The notes: a model not told the origin generated them from the sequence alone. A DNA stretch of 64,000 nucleotides from Candidatus Subterrananammoxibius californiae (GCA_030586555.1 JAURAC010000004.1:32001-96000), one strand, 5' to 3'. Numbered from the stretch's first letter, positions 36,560 to 48,400 are shown. Program-made: numbers and translations.

Positions 36560-39500
36560 TTAATCGCATGTTATAACATTAGTACCACCTGCGAAGCTAT
36601 TAAAGGGGGTTAGGGTAAAGAGATTAAGGCCCTCAGGCGTCCCGTTATCTTTATACCCTTTTACGCTTCCGCCATTATATGACTGGGTGGCAATAATCTC
36701 TTCGTAATTATCGCTGTCAATATCGCTCATAGTCAAGTTGACACCATTTGTAGAATAATCAAATGGGGTATCACTGAAGACCGTACTCGGTGTAAATGCC
36801 TTGCTGTATGTGTATGCCCGGACGCTTCTACCGTTAGAAGCCTGTGCAACAACAACCTCATCGCTCGTATCATAAGCCGTAAACTTACCAGTAGCTATGT
36901 TTATACCACCTTTAAATGTTTTGCCAAACGGTTGGTTTTTAACAACAAGAATTGCCCTGCGTGTTCTACTATACGTGTATCCCATGACGGTTCCACCGCC
37001 TGACGCCTGCGATGCCATTAGCTCGTAATTACCGTTCTCATTAATATCGCCTGCCGCTATATTAATTCCACCCTTGAAGCTTCTGCCAAAGGGCGTAATG
37101 GTAAGGTATAAACCAAAGGTTGAGTTAAATGTGTATTTATAAACCTTGAGGGCGCCGCCGCCTCTTGCCTGTGCAACTATTATTTCTGCCCTTTTATCAC
37201 CATCGTAATCTCCAGCTATTATATTAACGCCAGTCATCTCATAGAAGGGTTTAATCGAAAACACTACCTGCCCTGTAAGGGTTCCATCATGTTTGTATAC
37301 CTTTATTGTTCCCTGGGAAGATGCCTGTGCCACAAGTATTTCACTGATATTGTCACCATCAATATCCCCACAGGCAACGTTAATCCCCCCGGCAAACGAA
37401 TCGCCGAAAGGTTTAACGTCAAAGATCAGTTCTCCGCTATGATTGTACGCCTTGACTTCTCCACCCTTATACGCCTGTGCCATTACGATTTCATAAGCAC
37501 CGTCTCCATTAATATCACCCCTTGCCAGATGGATGCCACCGGTAAATGTGTCTCCAAATGGGTACGTATCTAATAAAGATTTCTGAACTAACCTACCATC
37601 GTAGTTAAGCGCCTTAATCATGCCGCCGTTAGACGCCTGTGCAATAACCAACTGTGTTCCCGGGGTAGGGTCCTCTCGACTCGTTGGGTTGGTACCATTC
37701 TTTATTTCTTCGCCGTCCAGTATACCATCGCCATCGGTATCTGGATTAGTTGGGTCGGTACCGTATGTATATTCTTCAAGCGCAGTAAGCCCGTCGTTAT
37801 CGAAATCTGAGGCGGCATCGTTTGGGTTTTTATGATTGAGACCGTACTTTGCTTCCCAATTATTAGGTATCCCATCGCCGTCAAGGTCATTATTACTTGT
37901 AGGGGCGGTTGTGGTTGTAGTAGAGGTCGTTGTAGTGGTTGAAGTAGTTGTTGGCGCCAGTGTAGTAGTTGGAACAGTCGTTGTGGTAGTCAGAACTGTA
38001 GTTGTTGGTGCCAGCGTTGTAGTCGGAACAGTCGTCGTAGTGGTTAGAACTGTAGTTGTCGGTGCCAGTGTGGTAGTTGGGACGGTTGTCGTAGTGGTTA
38101 GAACTGTAGTTGTTGGCGCCAGTGTGGTAGTCGGGATAGTCGTTGTGGTGGTCGGAATTGTGGTTGTTGGCGTCAGTGCGGTTGTGAAAACAAGCGTTCC
38201 TTTACCTGTGCGTTCTAACACTGTAATACCAGGAGAAAGATTACCAACGCCTGCTGAGATTGTAATGGTCTTGGCAGTTCCAGCGCTTACTAAGGTGATG
38301 TCATATTTTAATGCAGGAGAAAGCAAATTGGGGTCGAGGTCAAAGAGAAAATGCTTACCATTAGCTGTTAGATTCACGCTGTAGGTTATATTACCGTTGA
38401 TTATTGCGCCTTGTGGGTCGGAGCTGAAGAGGACAACCTTGTTCTCGGCACTGTCCTTTATATGTGCGCCGACCATGTTGGCGGTAAGCATATTGCCATC
38501 AACCTGGGATACACGCACGGTTTCAGGCATAGAGGTAACGGTTGCATCTGTTGGAAAAAGGACGTTTAAAAAGATGTCTTCCTTCTGGCCTGAAATATCC
38601 TGTTCCAGTCTCCATCCTTTACGGCCTTCAAAGGAAGAATCGGATGTATCTGCAGGACTGCCCGCTTCCGGGTTCCAGCTTCTATCATTTCTCCAGAAGA
38701 AGAAGCCCTCGCCACCCCTTTTTCTATAGGTTGCACCATCGGGCAAAAGTGATTTAACAAAGAGCCTGCCGCCAGAAGGGTCTGAATCAATATAGAGGTT
38801 ATTAAAATTGGTTTGAGACCATGTGGTTGACCCATCTTGAGAGGATGTGTCAGTTAACGGAGTACCTGAGATTGTTGGCTCCTTCACCGTATGGAGGTAC
38901 CACCTTTTTACAAAGTTTGGCTTGGCAGCAGTAATCCTGTCGAGGATAACAAGATATTTTTTGTCTAAGAATGTAAGGGCTCTCTGGAAGTTTGTGAGGC
39001 GGTCAGGATGGTAAGCCTTAGAACCATCACCGAGGGCATAGTCATAATTGTTTTTAGTCTCAAATTTTGTTATGTCGCCCCTATCAAAATATTGCGCTCC
39101 TTTGTAGTGGCTTGATAATATTGTATTGATTGCTTCATTTACATAGTCTCCAGCCTCGGGGTTATTCTGGTCATAATAGACATAATTAGGATGTGCATTA
39201 TCAGGGTGTACTGAATAGTACTGATAAAGTTCCTGCCCTTGATCCATAGAAATGCTGGGGTCTGAAACGGTAACGGAATTAACTGCAACGGTTGGCTTGC
39301 CATAATTCATCTGGAACGTATAATTAACCCAGGAGCCAGTAACAGAGTCCTTTCCCCCCGAACCTTGATTATTATTGTTCATAATGGCAAGGTCGCCACT
39401 GCGATAAATACTGAAGGCATTAACGTTATATACCTGTTTTGATGTAAACCAATCGCCAGAGGTAAAGGCAACAAGGGTGTCATTTTTTGTCCAACCACTC

Positions 39501-40720
39501 CTGAAGAAGACCCAGCCTGCATCAAGGCCCTGAATAGGAGCGGTTCCATCGGCATTATACCCCTGTGCATAGAACGCTAATGGCAGGGTATTATAGTTGG
39601 TTCCTGGTTTCGAGGGGTCATAAAAAATTATCCACCTGTACTGTTCACAATTATTATACCACGGCTCCACTATTGGCTTCTTAAACAAATCATTAGCTAT
39701 ATATTGAGCCACTCCCGTGGTATCCTTCTGTGATAAAACTTCGATGGGGTACCACCCAGTAAATGCGTAATGCTCATAGCTAAGCATTCCAAACGGCACC
39801 CACCTATCCACATACATTTTCCAAGCAAAAAGCCTTGTGATAAGATTATCTTGTAAATACCGTGATGTACTCCAGAGATTTTCACCCGTTGCCTTATCCC
39901 ATGCATAAATTTCCAGAGCAAATAGCCTCGTGCCTATATTGTCATAACCTCCGTCAGGGTTTACTCCACCTCCAACCATATTGGTAAAAGGTATCTTTTT
40001 TGTTGTTAAGAATGTCTTTATTTGATTTAGTTTGGTTTGTGCGAGTGAATTGTCGGCATTTCCATTCAGGCTTGTCTCGTTCCAAATAACAATAGCGGCG
40101 AACGTCCACTCCTCAGATGGCAGGTTGCTCATCATGGTGTGCCAGTCATCCGATGGTCTGCCTTTCCACCACTCGTTATAATCGGCAGGGTCGTTAACAT
40201 CCCGCTGTATCGCATAGGAGGAGGTCACCAATTTATTGCCAAGGGTTATGCGGTCTTGCGGGGATAAGCCATTGTAAATCCAATCATAGGCAAGCGCAAA
40301 GCTTGAGTTTTGATATCCTATGTAATCATTAGGATTTGTATTTTCTAAGACCTGTTTGACCCCATTAACGTAGAAACTGCTGCTATCAGGATGAAGATAA
40401 CTCTCTATTAAATAAACAAACGTAGCGCTAACCACTCTAACCCGTGCGCTTTCTGAGGTAGGCCCTTGGATATATTGCCAACTCCAATTATTAGAGATGG
40501 CGCTATCTACCTCTTGCTTCATCGTCATATATCTTGGGTATAAAGGGTCGGTTGGTTCATCAACCTTTGCTGCTAAGGCAGGGATTTCAGCCTTTGTAAT
40601 GAATATTCTGGGATGCTCACCCTTAGCAAATGGTAGGGTTGCTGCAAACGCATCTAATTCGAGGAATAAAGCTGATACTAATGTAAAGCATATTATTAAG
40701 GTTTTATAATAGTTTTTCAT
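36560..40720 (-). CDS. Large secreted protein: heparinase II/III-like lyase region, Thr-rich repeats, TSP3-like Ca repeats, FG-GAP-like repeats
   Basis: Signal peptide, HPRIF, ALAYDW, FFRSGW, W.LH; 18-aa Thr repeats; DxDGDG repeats; GDINGDG..EI repeats. Confidence 0.8.
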   Translation of the reverse strand: MKNYYKTLIICFTLVSALFLELDAFAATLPFAKGEHPRIFITKAEIPALAAKVDEPTDPLYPRYMTMKQEVDSAISNNWSWQYIQGPTSESARVRVVSATFVYLIESYLHPDSSSFYVNGVKQVLENTNPNDYIGYQNSSFALAYDWIYNGLSPQDRITLGNKLVTSSYAIQRDVNDPADYNEWWKGRPSDDWHTMMSNLPSEEWTFAAIVIWNETSLNGNADNSLAQTKLNQIKTFLTTKKIPFTNMVGGGVNPDGGYDNIGTRLFALEIYAWDKATGENLWSTSRYLQDNLITRLFAWKMYVDRWVPFGMLSYEHYAFTGWYPIEVLSQKDTTGVAQYIANDLFKKPIVEPWYNNCEQYRWIIFYDPSKPGTNYNTLPLAFYAQGYNADGTAPIQGLDAGWVFFRSGWTKNDTLVAFTSGDWFTSKQVYNVNAFSIYRSGDLAIMNNNNQGSGGKDSVTGSWVNYTFQMNYGKPTVAVNSVTVSDPSISMDQGQELYQYYSVHPDNAHPNYVYYDQNNPEAGDYVNEAINTILSSHYKGAQYFDRGDITKFETKNNYDYALGDGSKAYHPDRLTNFQRALTFLDKKYLVILDRITAAKPNFVKRWYLHTVKEPTISGTPLTDTSSQDGSTTWSQTNFNNLYIDSDPSGGRLFVKSLLPDGATYRKRGGEGFFFWRNDRSWNPEAGSPADTSDSSFEGRKGWRLEQDISGQKEDIFLNVLFPTDATVTSMPETVRVSQVDGNMLTANMVGAHIKDSAENKVVLFSSDPQGAIINGNITYSVNLTANGKHFLFDLDPNLLSPALKYDITLVSAGTAKTITISAGVGNLSPGITVLERTGKGTLVFTTALTPTTTIPTTTTTIPTTTLAPTTTVLTTTTTVPTTTLAPTTTVLTTTTTVPTTTLAPTTTVLTTTTTVPTTTLAPTTTSTTTTTSTTTTTAPTSNNDLDGDGIPNNWEAKYGLNHKNPNDAASDFDNDGLTALEEYTYGTDPTNPDTDGDGILDGEEIKNGTNPTSREDPTPGTQLVIAQASNGGMIKALNYDGRLVQKSLLDTYPFGDTFTGGIHLARGDINGDGAYEIVMAQAYKGGEVKAYNHSGELIFDVKPFGDSFAGGINVACGDIDGDNISEILVAQASSQGTIKVYKHDGTLTGQVVFSIKPFYEMTGVNIIAGDYDGDKRAEIIVAQARGGGALKVYKYTFNSTFGLYLTITPFGRSFKGGINIAAGDINENGNYELMASQASGGGTVMGYTYSRTRRAILVVKNQPFGKTFKGGINIATGKFTAYDTSDEVVVAQASNGRSVRAYTYSKAFTPSTVFSDTPFDYSTNGVNLTMSDIDSDNYEEIIATQSYNGGSVKGYKDNGTPEGLNLFTLTPFNSFAGGTNVITCD
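37900..38175 (-). repeat. Thr-rich tandem repeat (54-bp unit, [18 protein letters not shown])
   Basis: Three full units plus partial units within the CDS; boundaries approximate. Confidence 0.85.
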
Positions 40721-40812
40721 CGTATTTCGGCAGCCCCGACGCCTTCGACGAATCTGTAGGCCGGTAGCTTTGCTCCCTATTCTTTCGAGATAGTTCGCCT
40801 TTATCGGTTACG
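40721..40812 (-). ncRNA. c-di-GMP-I (GEMM) riboswitch
   Basis: Minus strand AAAGGCGAACTATCTCGAAAGAATAGGGAGCAAAGCTACCGGCCTA...GGCGTCGGGGCTGCCG matches the GEMM-I pattern (GAAA loop, GCAAAGC, GGCCTA, GCTGCC); abuts the ATG. Confidence 0.88.
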
Positions 40813-40902
40813 TGTTTTCAAATTTTCTAAAGAGCTGGGTGACTACTGCACCCATTCCCACGCTCAGCGCGGTGGAAGCTCCGAGCTTCCGAGGTGTAAG
40901 AG

Positions 40903-40918
40903 AGCAATCTCCATGCCA
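40903..40918 (-). promoter_or_regulatory. sigma54 promoter
   Basis: Minus strand TGGCAT-GGAGA-TTGCT upstream of the riboswitch. Confidence 0.8.
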
Positions 40919-41240
40919 TCAGTACACAATATTACCTATAAGTTGATGTTGCTAAAGAAGGAGGTCCAATGGTAAAATGATGTAGGAGTTAACTCTTTAT
41001 AATTAAAGGAGTTCCACCATTAGGTAGGAGTGGTGTGGATAAACTTGTTTGTCCGTGCTCAAGCCACACTGGAGGGTAGAAATGAAGGTGTTCAACTTTT
41101 GGGGGATTTTTATGTACATTTTTGTACTTTAGTAATTTTTAAAATTAATAAACGTACAAAAATGTACAGATAGCCCTGCAGTTAAATGGGGTTTATTTTT
41201 ATTTATTGGAAGTTTTTGTCAGATTAGGACATCTTTTTGT

Positions 41241-42920
41241 TTACTTTACAATCTCCCAAAAGACTTCGTCTTCAATTATGCAGAAAAAGATTTTTCCGTA
41301 TTGTGAGAAGAATGCGCGTAATTCATGGCGATTGGGATGTGGATATTCCGTTTCACTCCACCTTGACTCTGGCACATCTTTTTCGGTTATTAATCTATTA
41401 TGAATGAAGATTCTACCTCCATTGTCCCGGCATTTTTTTATTGCTCTGTTCAATCTTTCATCCCATCCAGTAGAGCCGTTTAAAACTATATCTAAATTTA
41501 AATGGATGCAATTTCGGTGGGCATAAAGTAGAAATTTATTTACACTCCCCACGTCTTGGCCCCACACTATAACCAGGTCGTTGGGATTCGTTTTCTGTCC
41601 AAGCGATTTTGCTATTTTCCAATCTTTATCGTTGGCAATATTACGTTCCGACACGAAAAATTCTGAAAAATTACAAGTGAATAATACTACAGGTATGACA
41701 ATGAAAATTGTTTTTGTAAGCCTCAAAGGTTGCAGTGAGACATTAATGTGTGATATAGTAACGGCTATAACCAATATCGCTGCTGGAAGGGCAGGTAACA
41801 TTCTTTCTAAAGCTGCACCGTCAAAGACCATGCCAAAACAGAAAAATGATAATATCCATACACCAAGGATTAAAAGTGCAATTTTTAAGTCCTTCTTTAC
41901 CGTTTTCCACCTCATAATCAGGTATGATACACTTAAAAGACAAGCCGTCCATACTGCAAGAAATTTACCCGTTTGAAGGATAAGATTTGTTCCTGTCATG
42001 CCTAAGGCAGATTCGCCATGGCGAACAAGGTTGAAACCGCCTGTAATCCACCCCCTAACAGTTGACCCCATGTCAGGTATTGCTACAAATGCGTTTGCTA
42101 CTCCATAAAGTGCTCTAAGGAAATTCAAAACACTTACCTGTATGGGACTACCTTGTGACGTTGACTTCAGAGCGATTAATAAATCACCGTAACTTTTGCA
42201 TTCATTAATAAATATGACCACAAGGAGTAAAGGTATAATTAAAAATAAGAGAAGTCCAAGAGAATAAATAAAGGTTAATGTAAATCTTTTGCTATAATTC
42301 AAGTGTTGTGGGATTAGTATGATTCCAATTACAATTGCCGGAAAGCATAGAACCACAGGTAGCCAGAAGAGGGCTGATAGGGCGCTAATTAAAGCAATTG
42401 CAAGGACAAATAAAAGCTTTTGCCGATGTTCCGAGAATTCCTGTAATTTAAATAGAAGTATGAATGCAAAAATCATAAGAAAAGTAGAAGGAATATATGC
42501 GCTGCCAGTTCCAGAATAAGCCCAATAGCTATGTGAGAAAGCCAACATTGATGCTGAAAATAAGGCTACCCTTGTATCCTTTAAAAGGTTATAGACCAAA
42601 CAAAAGAAGGCGCTTACACCAATTGCCCCAAAAAAGGCGCTTTCAAATTGCAAGATGGTTACAGCGCGCCCTGTATAGCCAAAGACCTGGAAAAACTTAT
42701 AAATTAGCCAACCCAATGGTCTATGAAACAGGTGCCATTGTTCAGCCCCCTTTATTGCACGTCCTGTTTCTATATCGTTAGCGTAAAAGAATTGGTCGCC
42801 AAGTCTGAAATTAAAAGATTGGGTATAAAGTATAAAGAAAATAACGAACATGCTTAAGGGATAAATGAACTGAGGGGTGGAATGTCTTTCAATAAATTCA
42901 AACAAATTATTTTTATTCAT
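41241..42920 (-). CDS. Polytopic membrane GT-C-like glycosyltransferase
   Basis: Many TM helices; D..FY...HLFHRP, LAFSHSYW..S, ER.LP patterns. Confidence 0.65.
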   Translation of the reverse strand: MNKNNLFEFIERHSTPQFIYPLSMFVIFFILYTQSFNFRLGDQFFYANDIETGRAIKGAEQWHLFHRPLGWLIYKFFQVFGYTGRAVTILQFESAFFGAIGVSAFFCLVYNLLKDTRVALFSASMLAFSHSYWAYSGTGSAYIPSTFLMIFAFILLFKLQEFSEHRQKLLFVLAIALISALSALFWLPVVLCFPAIVIGIILIPQHLNYSKRFTLTFIYSLGLLLFLIIPLLLVVIFINECKSYGDLLIALKSTSQGSPIQVSVLNFLRALYGVANAFVAIPDMGSTVRGWITGGFNLVRHGESALGMTGTNLILQTGKFLAVWTACLLSVSYLIMRWKTVKKDLKIALLILGVWILSFFCFGMVFDGAALERMLPALPAAILVIAVTISHINVSLQPLRLTKTIFIVIPVVLFTCNFSEFFVSERNIANDKDWKIAKSLGQKTNPNDLVIVWGQDVGSVNKFLLYAHRNCIHLNLDIVLNGSTGWDERLNRAIKKCRDNGGRIFIHNRLITEKDVPESRWSETEYPHPNRHELRAFFSQYGKIFFCIIEDEVFWEIVK

Positions 42921-44689
42921 GGAAGATTGCTGTGTTCTATTTTAAGTAGCAGGTTTCCTTCTACCTGCAAAATTTCCTTAAAGTTTAACACATGAAAGAC
43001 CTCTAACTCTCTTAGATTCTGTAGGAACGGCTTTTTGTTGCTTTCTATAAGAACATATCTTACATTTTCTTTTTGAATCGTATCTATAATATCTTGCGTT
43101 GCAGGGACTTTTGGGAATTGGACACAACTCCTTTCAGAAAACACGCCGAAAACAACCGGGCCGTCACACATTACAACGTCATCTTTATTGGAATTTTGCC
43201 TCAGCCATTGTCCCATTTCTTGAAAGTATAGCTTACCAACGGTTCTCAGTCCGTAGTCCTGATGTTTAAGATATGTGCGATAGGCTATCATTGACAGGCT
43301 GTGGAAAATAAGGATGGCAAACGCAATTTTCAATATTCGTGACTCGTAACCCGTAACTCGTGGCTCATAAAAGGCAAAAATAAAACTTGTCGTTAACACG
43401 AAGAAATAAAATATAACAAACACAAAGGTTACTATCATTTGATAATATCCCATTAATCCACCCTCGTAATATTGTGTTTCTGATAGCGGGATATAGACAA
43501 GAAAGAAGCCACAAAATAAGAGTGAAAAAAATATAGCCTTCCACCAACTACTGCTCCCCCCTCTGGATAAAAGGTTTTCTTTGATTAATGATAAGGTCTT
43601 TAAAAGATAGAAAAAGACAAGCGGGGCAACAGGATACCAAAATCTTACATAATCATAAGGCCAGAGAAGATGAATTCCAATATAGAAGGCTAAATACCAC
43701 TCAACAACGGTACTCTTTTTTATAAGGCTATATAAAAATCCTATAACAAATAGTAAAGATATAAGGTACCCCCAGAACCGTAAGCTATGTGGAAACTTTG
43801 GAATGCTTGTAACGAGTGAGGCTATATGCGTTGTATTGTTGATAAGATTGCGTTTTATTACAGTAAAGGTATATGATGAGAGGGGTTGTCCAACTTCTTT
43901 ATCCGTTATTGCCCTTTGAGCGAACTCTTGTTCATAGCTCCACGAAGCTTCTAAATTTTCAAGTAACTTTCCTCTGACGTACCAGGCTCCGATAGCAATG
44001 CCACAAATAATCAGTATCGTACCCAAACGCTTCAAGGCGTCTTTCTGCCTTTTTATTAATGGCTTGCAAGCAAATATGCAAACTGCCGCTAATAATGCAA
44101 TACCCACTAATCTTGTAAAGTACGCAGCCAATATAAGGACTGAAAGCAGTATAGCATTTCTAATAACATTATTATCCTCTTTTAGACTTTTTTGGGCAAC
44201 AATTAGCGCCAATAAAGAGAAAAGAAGATACGGTATTTCAGAGACAATGATATTACAATTAAAAGACCAGAAAAAATACGATATCCCTGTAAGTAAGAAG
44301 GCTGTATCTGCCAGTTTTCCGTTATAGAAACGTCTTAAAAAAACAAAACAAACAAAGAGGGCAAACACCGCAATCGTAATTAGAAATATTTGAATAATAA
44401 GGAAATTATAACCAAAGATTCCCACAACAGGAGCAAGTAACAATGGAAAACCAAAAGGATACAGGGTATGAGGTATCCCGAGAATCTTGTAACCGTCGAG
44501 TGTTATGAGGGATTTTGCAAGTGTAAGATAGTAAAAAGCGTCAATATTCCAGATTTCACAACCGTTTTTCAATGTGCAAAGGTAAAAAAAGAAGACCGTT
44601 AAACAAAATAACACGGCTTTTCTTTGTGTTAAGATGAAATTGGTTTTTGAATTGTTCATTACATATTCCTCAGACAAACTGTTTCCCAT
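42917..44689 (-). CDS. ArnT/PMT-family (GT-C) glycosyltransferase
   Basis: DAFYYLTLAKSL, YPFGFPLLLAP, SEIPY, YFTRLVG, RFWYP. Confidence 0.78.
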   Translation of the reverse strand: MGNSLSEEYVMNNSKTNFILTQRKAVLFCLTVFFFYLCTLKNGCEIWNIDAFYYLTLAKSLITLDGYKILGIPHTLYPFGFPLLLAPVVGIFGYNFLIIQIFLITIAVFALFVCFVFLRRFYNGKLADTAFLLTGISYFFWSFNCNIIVSEIPYLLFSLLALIVAQKSLKEDNNVIRNAILLSVLILAAYFTRLVGIALLAAVCIFACKPLIKRQKDALKRLGTILIICGIAIGAWYVRGKLLENLEASWSYEQEFAQRAITDKEVGQPLSSYTFTVIKRNLINNTTHIASLVTSIPKFPHSLRFWGYLISLLFVIGFLYSLIKKSTVVEWYLAFYIGIHLLWPYDYVRFWYPVAPLVFFYLLKTLSLIKENLLSRGGSSSWWKAIFFSLLFCGFFLVYIPLSETQYYEGGLMGYYQMIVTFVFVIFYFFVLTTSFIFAFYEPRVTGYESRILKIAFAILIFHSLSMIAYRTYLKHQDYGLRTVGKLYFQEMGQWLRQNSNKDDVVMCDGPVVFGVFSERSCVQFPKVPATQDIIDTIQKENVRYVLIESNKKPFLQNLRELEVFHVLNFKEILQVEGNLLLKIEHSNLP

Positions 44690-44754
44690 TTATTGGGGCA
44701 TTATATCCCTATGCTCCTTCAACGGTCAAGTCATAATCATCTCTTAAAAAAGCT

Positions 44755-44783
44755 TTGACAAAAGTGAGCCATTTCATTACTAT
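44755..44783 (+). promoter_or_regulatory. sigma70 promoter of pyrE
   Basis: TTGACA-17bp-TACTAT, 11 bp before the ATG. Confidence 0.6.
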
Positions 44784-44794
44784 TACAATGAGAT

Positions 44795-45355
44795 ATGAAT
44801 ATAGATACAAAGAAATTGCGATTAAGACTTCTCGAAATCCTAAAAGAGAAGTCTTTAATGTTCGGGGATTTTAAATTATCATCTGGCTTACGAAGCAATT
44901 ACTACATAGATGGCAAGAAGACAACGCTTGACCCTGAAGGACTATATTTGATAGCAGAAATTATCCTTGAAATGATTAAGGACGACAGAGCAGATGCTAT
45001 TGGAGGCCCAACCCTCGGCGCCGATTCAATAGTTGGCGCTGTTACCTCTTTAAGTTTTCAGAAAAATTGTCCTGTAAAGGGCTTTATCGTAAGAAAGGAA
45101 GCAAAAGGGCACGGCACGGGAAATAAAATAGAAGGGGTATTAGAAAAGGGCTCAAGGGTAGTTATCGTAGAGGATGTCGTCACCACTGGAGAGTCTATTA
45201 TTAAAGCGATTAATGCAGTAAAAGAGTTGGAATGTAATGTGGTGAGGATTATCTCTATTGTAGATAGGGAGCAAGGCGCAAGGCAAAGATTCGCGGTAAT
45301 GGGTTTTACCTACACCCCCATATTTAAACTCACTGATTTAGGCTTATCCCAATGA
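44795..45355 (+). CDS. pyrE: Orotate phosphoribosyltransferase
   Basis: FKLSSG.S.YYID, VRKEAKGHG, VEDVVTTG. Confidence 0.97.
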   Translation: MNIDTKKLRLRLLEILKEKSLMFGDFKLSSGLRSNYYIDGKKTTLDPEGLYLIAEIILEMIKDDRADAIGGPTLGADSIVGAVTSLSFQKNCPVKGFIVRKEAKGHGTGNKIEGVLEKGSRVVIVEDVVTTGESIIKAINAVKELECNVVRIISIVDREQGARQRFAVMGFTYTPIFKLTDLGLSQ

Positions 45356-45380
45356 CCTTATTTTGAAAAATTATTTCATC

Positions 45381-45427
45381 ACCTCCCCTTTATCCCCTCC
45401 TTACGAAGGAGGGGACTGAGGGGTGGT
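45381..45427. repeat. C/G-rich palindrome between convergent genes (repeat family; may act as a terminator)
   Basis: CCCCTCCTTACGAAGGAGGGG core; related copies at 21765-21799 and 62836-62884. Confidence 0.65.
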
Positions 45428-45433
45428 TACCCT

Positions 45434-48391
45434 TTATCCTTCTATAATCTCCCTCTCCTTCTCCGTTATCCCGTACAATTCATAGACCAGCTCGTCAATC
45501 CTTTCATCCGCCACAGCAATCTCACTCTCAACAGCCTCCCGCTCCGATGATGCGGGCAAGGCTTGCTTCTTCCTGTTCAGCTCCAGCATGCGTTCAACCA
45601 ATCCAACCAATCTGTCATGCATAGCTCTTTCCTTCAGGTCGTCAAAATTAATGGTGCGGATGGGGAGTTTCCCCAAATATTCAAATATAAGTTGATACCC
45701 ATTTTGAATTTGTGTACAAAAATTGGAAATTAAAAGCCATCCAAGCATTGAATTTAGTATCCCTAATAGGTATTTATCATCCTTGGGCATAATCCAAACG
45801 GCATTGTTTGCATATGTTCCAGCCGAATCAAAGGTAAACGCAGGTTTTACTTGGAAAACCAAGTACATTATCTTCGGCTTTTCGAATTCAGCATAGTAAT
45901 CAATAGCATCCTGTATTTCATACCATTGGTAGGAGCCTGGCTTTCTTCCTTTCCAATCGTCGCCTTGCCAGTCCTTTGGCTTTGGCATAAGCTTTTCTTT
46001 AAATTGCTTCAAATGCCTTTCAATCGCAGGATACATTTTTATATTAACGCCACGCCGAGTAAATATAAGGTATTTATTGCTTTGATGCGGTTGATAACGC
46101 TTAATGTCCCGTCCTATCAAAAAGGGCTTAATTAATTCTACACTTTTTGGGTCTTCAGCAATCAACCTATTTCGTGTCTCTCGGTCAATAACAAATGCTT
46201 TATTGAATCCCGTAAGAACCCCTCGATATATTTTCCCTTTAACGTAGTCACCCAAAGGAATACCTACTGCTTGCAATTTAGATAATAGTTGTTGTATGCG
46301 TTCATTAGCTAAAGACCAACCTTTAGCACTTAAAGAAGTTTGTTTAACGCTATAACTGTTTGTTTGAACATAAGATTCTAAGTTATCAAAATCAAGTGTC
46401 TTAACCTGAGTAACTTTGAAAATAGACCGCGGAGAATCATTGCGAATTCGGATAATACAAGGATATGTGGTAGCACCTTGAAAAACAGGCAAATCTCCAA
46501 AATCGATTATTTCTTCTATCCGTTTTTGCTTCATCCAATAACGTAATGGTTCGCCATAGTTAGTACGCATCCATTTATTGGCTACAATATAGCTAAAGAT
46601 TCCGCCTGGCTTTAACAGCGACACTCCACGTTCAATAAAATATGAATAAAGATCCGCCATACCATGAAACACATTATATTTTTGTTGAAAGTACTCCTTA
46701 AACGCCTCCAACATTTCTTGCCTTACATAAGGTGGATTCCCTATCACACAATCAAAGCCGCCCTTTGCCATTATCTCACCGAAGCCTACCGATTTGGAGT
46801 TCCAGTCAAATGGGTTTATTCGCTCCCTTTCTTCGTCAGGAAATAGTTTTCCCTGGTCGAAAATGTCGTAGCCTATGAGGGAGTTACCGCACTTGATGTT
46901 GTTTGAAAGGATGGGCAATAAGCCCTGTTTTTGGGGAAGACTGCGTTCACCCTCCAGTTCCTTCAGGTAAAGGCTCATCATGGTAATCTCAACCGCCTGA
47001 GGGTCTATGTCCACCCCAAAGATATTGTTCTTGAGTATGCGTCCTTTCTTAATTATAGATAGCCTGTAGTTATCCTCCGCATCCCTGATTAAATCAGGAA
47101 AGAGAGGATGGGTTTCTGCTTCCTTTGGGTGTTCGCGATAATATTGGATGTGATAGTCAATAAGGTATTGAAACGCACCCAGTAAAAAGGAACCCGAACC
47201 GCAGGCAGGGTCTAAAAGCCTGAGCTTTTCTATCTGTTTTGGGGTCTTACCTGTTATTAGCTTGCCCACCGTATTTTCAACTATGTACTTTACTATGTAT
47301 TGGGGCGTATAATATACTCCGCCTGCCTTGCGCACCTCGGGCTTTTCTTCAACCTTTACCCTGCCCCCGGGCGTTACCCTTATGGTATTTCCCAGATACC
47401 GCTCATATATACTGCCGAGGAGTTCTACGCCAATGATGTCAAACAGATAAGGGCTGTTGGGGAAATACAGTTCTTCAATAATATTTGCCAGGCGGTGGGA
47501 ATCTACCTCATACTGCTCGCAGGCATGGGGTTTGAAGATGTCTCCATTGAGGTCTGCATTTATCTCCCTGAAGAGGTTATTTAAATGATACTGGATGGGT
47601 CTCCTCTTTCCTTCAGCCTTCCATAGTTCGGTTATCTCAAAGAGGGTTCTTGGCTTTATGATATTCCTATCCTCGGCAATGCGGATAAAAACGATGCGGT
47701 CTAACAAGCGCTGAACTACCTCATTTAATGTCCTTACGCTGATACTACTGTTATGCCTATAAACGTCCTTTGCCAGTTCCTCACGCCAGAGGCTCATATC
47801 CTGGAGGAATTTCTTATCCACAGGGATGCGCTGTCTCTTGCTACTTGCATCCTTCAAGAGAAGTCTATCCAGTGAACCCTGAGCTACTGCTTCTTTGGAG
47901 AGGAGGAGAAGTTTTTCTATATTATTAAGGTAGTCGGTATATTTGAGGTCAATAATGATGCCCTGAAGCGGATTTCTTTTATCGGGAGGTAGGGAGGCAT
48001 CGAAAAGCTTGAGTTCCTCAAAGTCGGTGAGGACTACGATAAAGACCTCTTTGGTATTCCAGGCATAGGATTTAGCTTGAAGTATATGCTTGACGGTATC
48101 CAAGGACTCGGAAGGGGCTTTTGCCTCTACGAAGAATTTGCTGATGCCATTCAGTCGGAAGTTATAATCTGGTCTGCCTGTGGTTTCTCCCTTTTCAACT
48201 AAAACCTCCCGTTCAAAAGGGGATAGTTTTTTCTCGTTTGAGATGTCCCAGTCCAGAGTCTCAAAGAAGGGGTCTATAAAGTCCTGCCTAACTTGGGCTT
48301 CTATGTAGTCTTTAGAAAGGTAATGATGCTTGTCCCTCTCAAATTTTTCTACTAAGTTTTGTATATGTTCTTTGACCTCAGATGTGTTCAT
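45434..48391 (-). CDS. Type IIG fused restriction endonuclease/m6A methyltransferase (Eco57I/TaqI-C-like)
   Basis: N-terminal PDY..VEAK, GVYYTP, LDPACGSGSFL, GNPPY, C-terminal target-recognition region. Confidence 0.93.
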   Translation of the reverse strand: MNTSEVKEHIQNLVEKFERDKHHYLSKDYIEAQVRQDFIDPFFETLDWDISNEKKLSPFEREVLVEKGETTGRPDYNFRLNGISKFFVEAKAPSESLDTVKHILQAKSYAWNTKEVFIVVLTDFEELKLFDASLPPDKRNPLQGIIIDLKYTDYLNNIEKLLLLSKEAVAQGSLDRLLLKDASSKRQRIPVDKKFLQDMSLWREELAKDVYRHNSSISVRTLNEVVQRLLDRIVFIRIAEDRNIIKPRTLFEITELWKAEGKRRPIQYHLNNLFREINADLNGDIFKPHACEQYEVDSHRLANIIEELYFPNSPYLFDIIGVELLGSIYERYLGNTIRVTPGGRVKVEEKPEVRKAGGVYYTPQYIVKYIVENTVGKLITGKTPKQIEKLRLLDPACGSGSFLLGAFQYLIDYHIQYYREHPKEAETHPLFPDLIRDAEDNYRLSIIKKGRILKNNIFGVDIDPQAVEITMMSLYLKELEGERSLPQKQGLLPILSNNIKCGNSLIGYDIFDQGKLFPDEERERINPFDWNSKSVGFGEIMAKGGFDCVIGNPPYVRQEMLEAFKEYFQQKYNVFHGMADLYSYFIERGVSLLKPGGIFSYIVANKWMRTNYGEPLRYWMKQKRIEEIIDFGDLPVFQGATTYPCIIRIRNDSPRSIFKVTQVKTLDFDNLESYVQTNSYSVKQTSLSAKGWSLANERIQQLLSKLQAVGIPLGDYVKGKIYRGVLTGFNKAFVIDRETRNRLIAEDPKSVELIKPFLIGRDIKRYQPHQSNKYLIFTRRGVNIKMYPAIERHLKQFKEKLMPKPKDWQGDDWKGRKPGSYQWYEIQDAIDYYAEFEKPKIMYLVFQVKPAFTFDSAGTYANNAVWIMPKDDKYLLGILNSMLGWLLISNFCTQIQNGYQLIFEYLGKLPIRTINFDDLKERAMHDRLVGLVERMLELNRKKQALPASSEREAVESEIAVADERIDELVYELYGITEKEREIIEG

Positions 48392-48400
48392 AAAAGTAAG

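Noticed and set aside
37836..38384. Val-rich ORFs here and at 28916-29149 and 30640-30894
   Set aside because: Antisense shadows of the Thr-rich linkers
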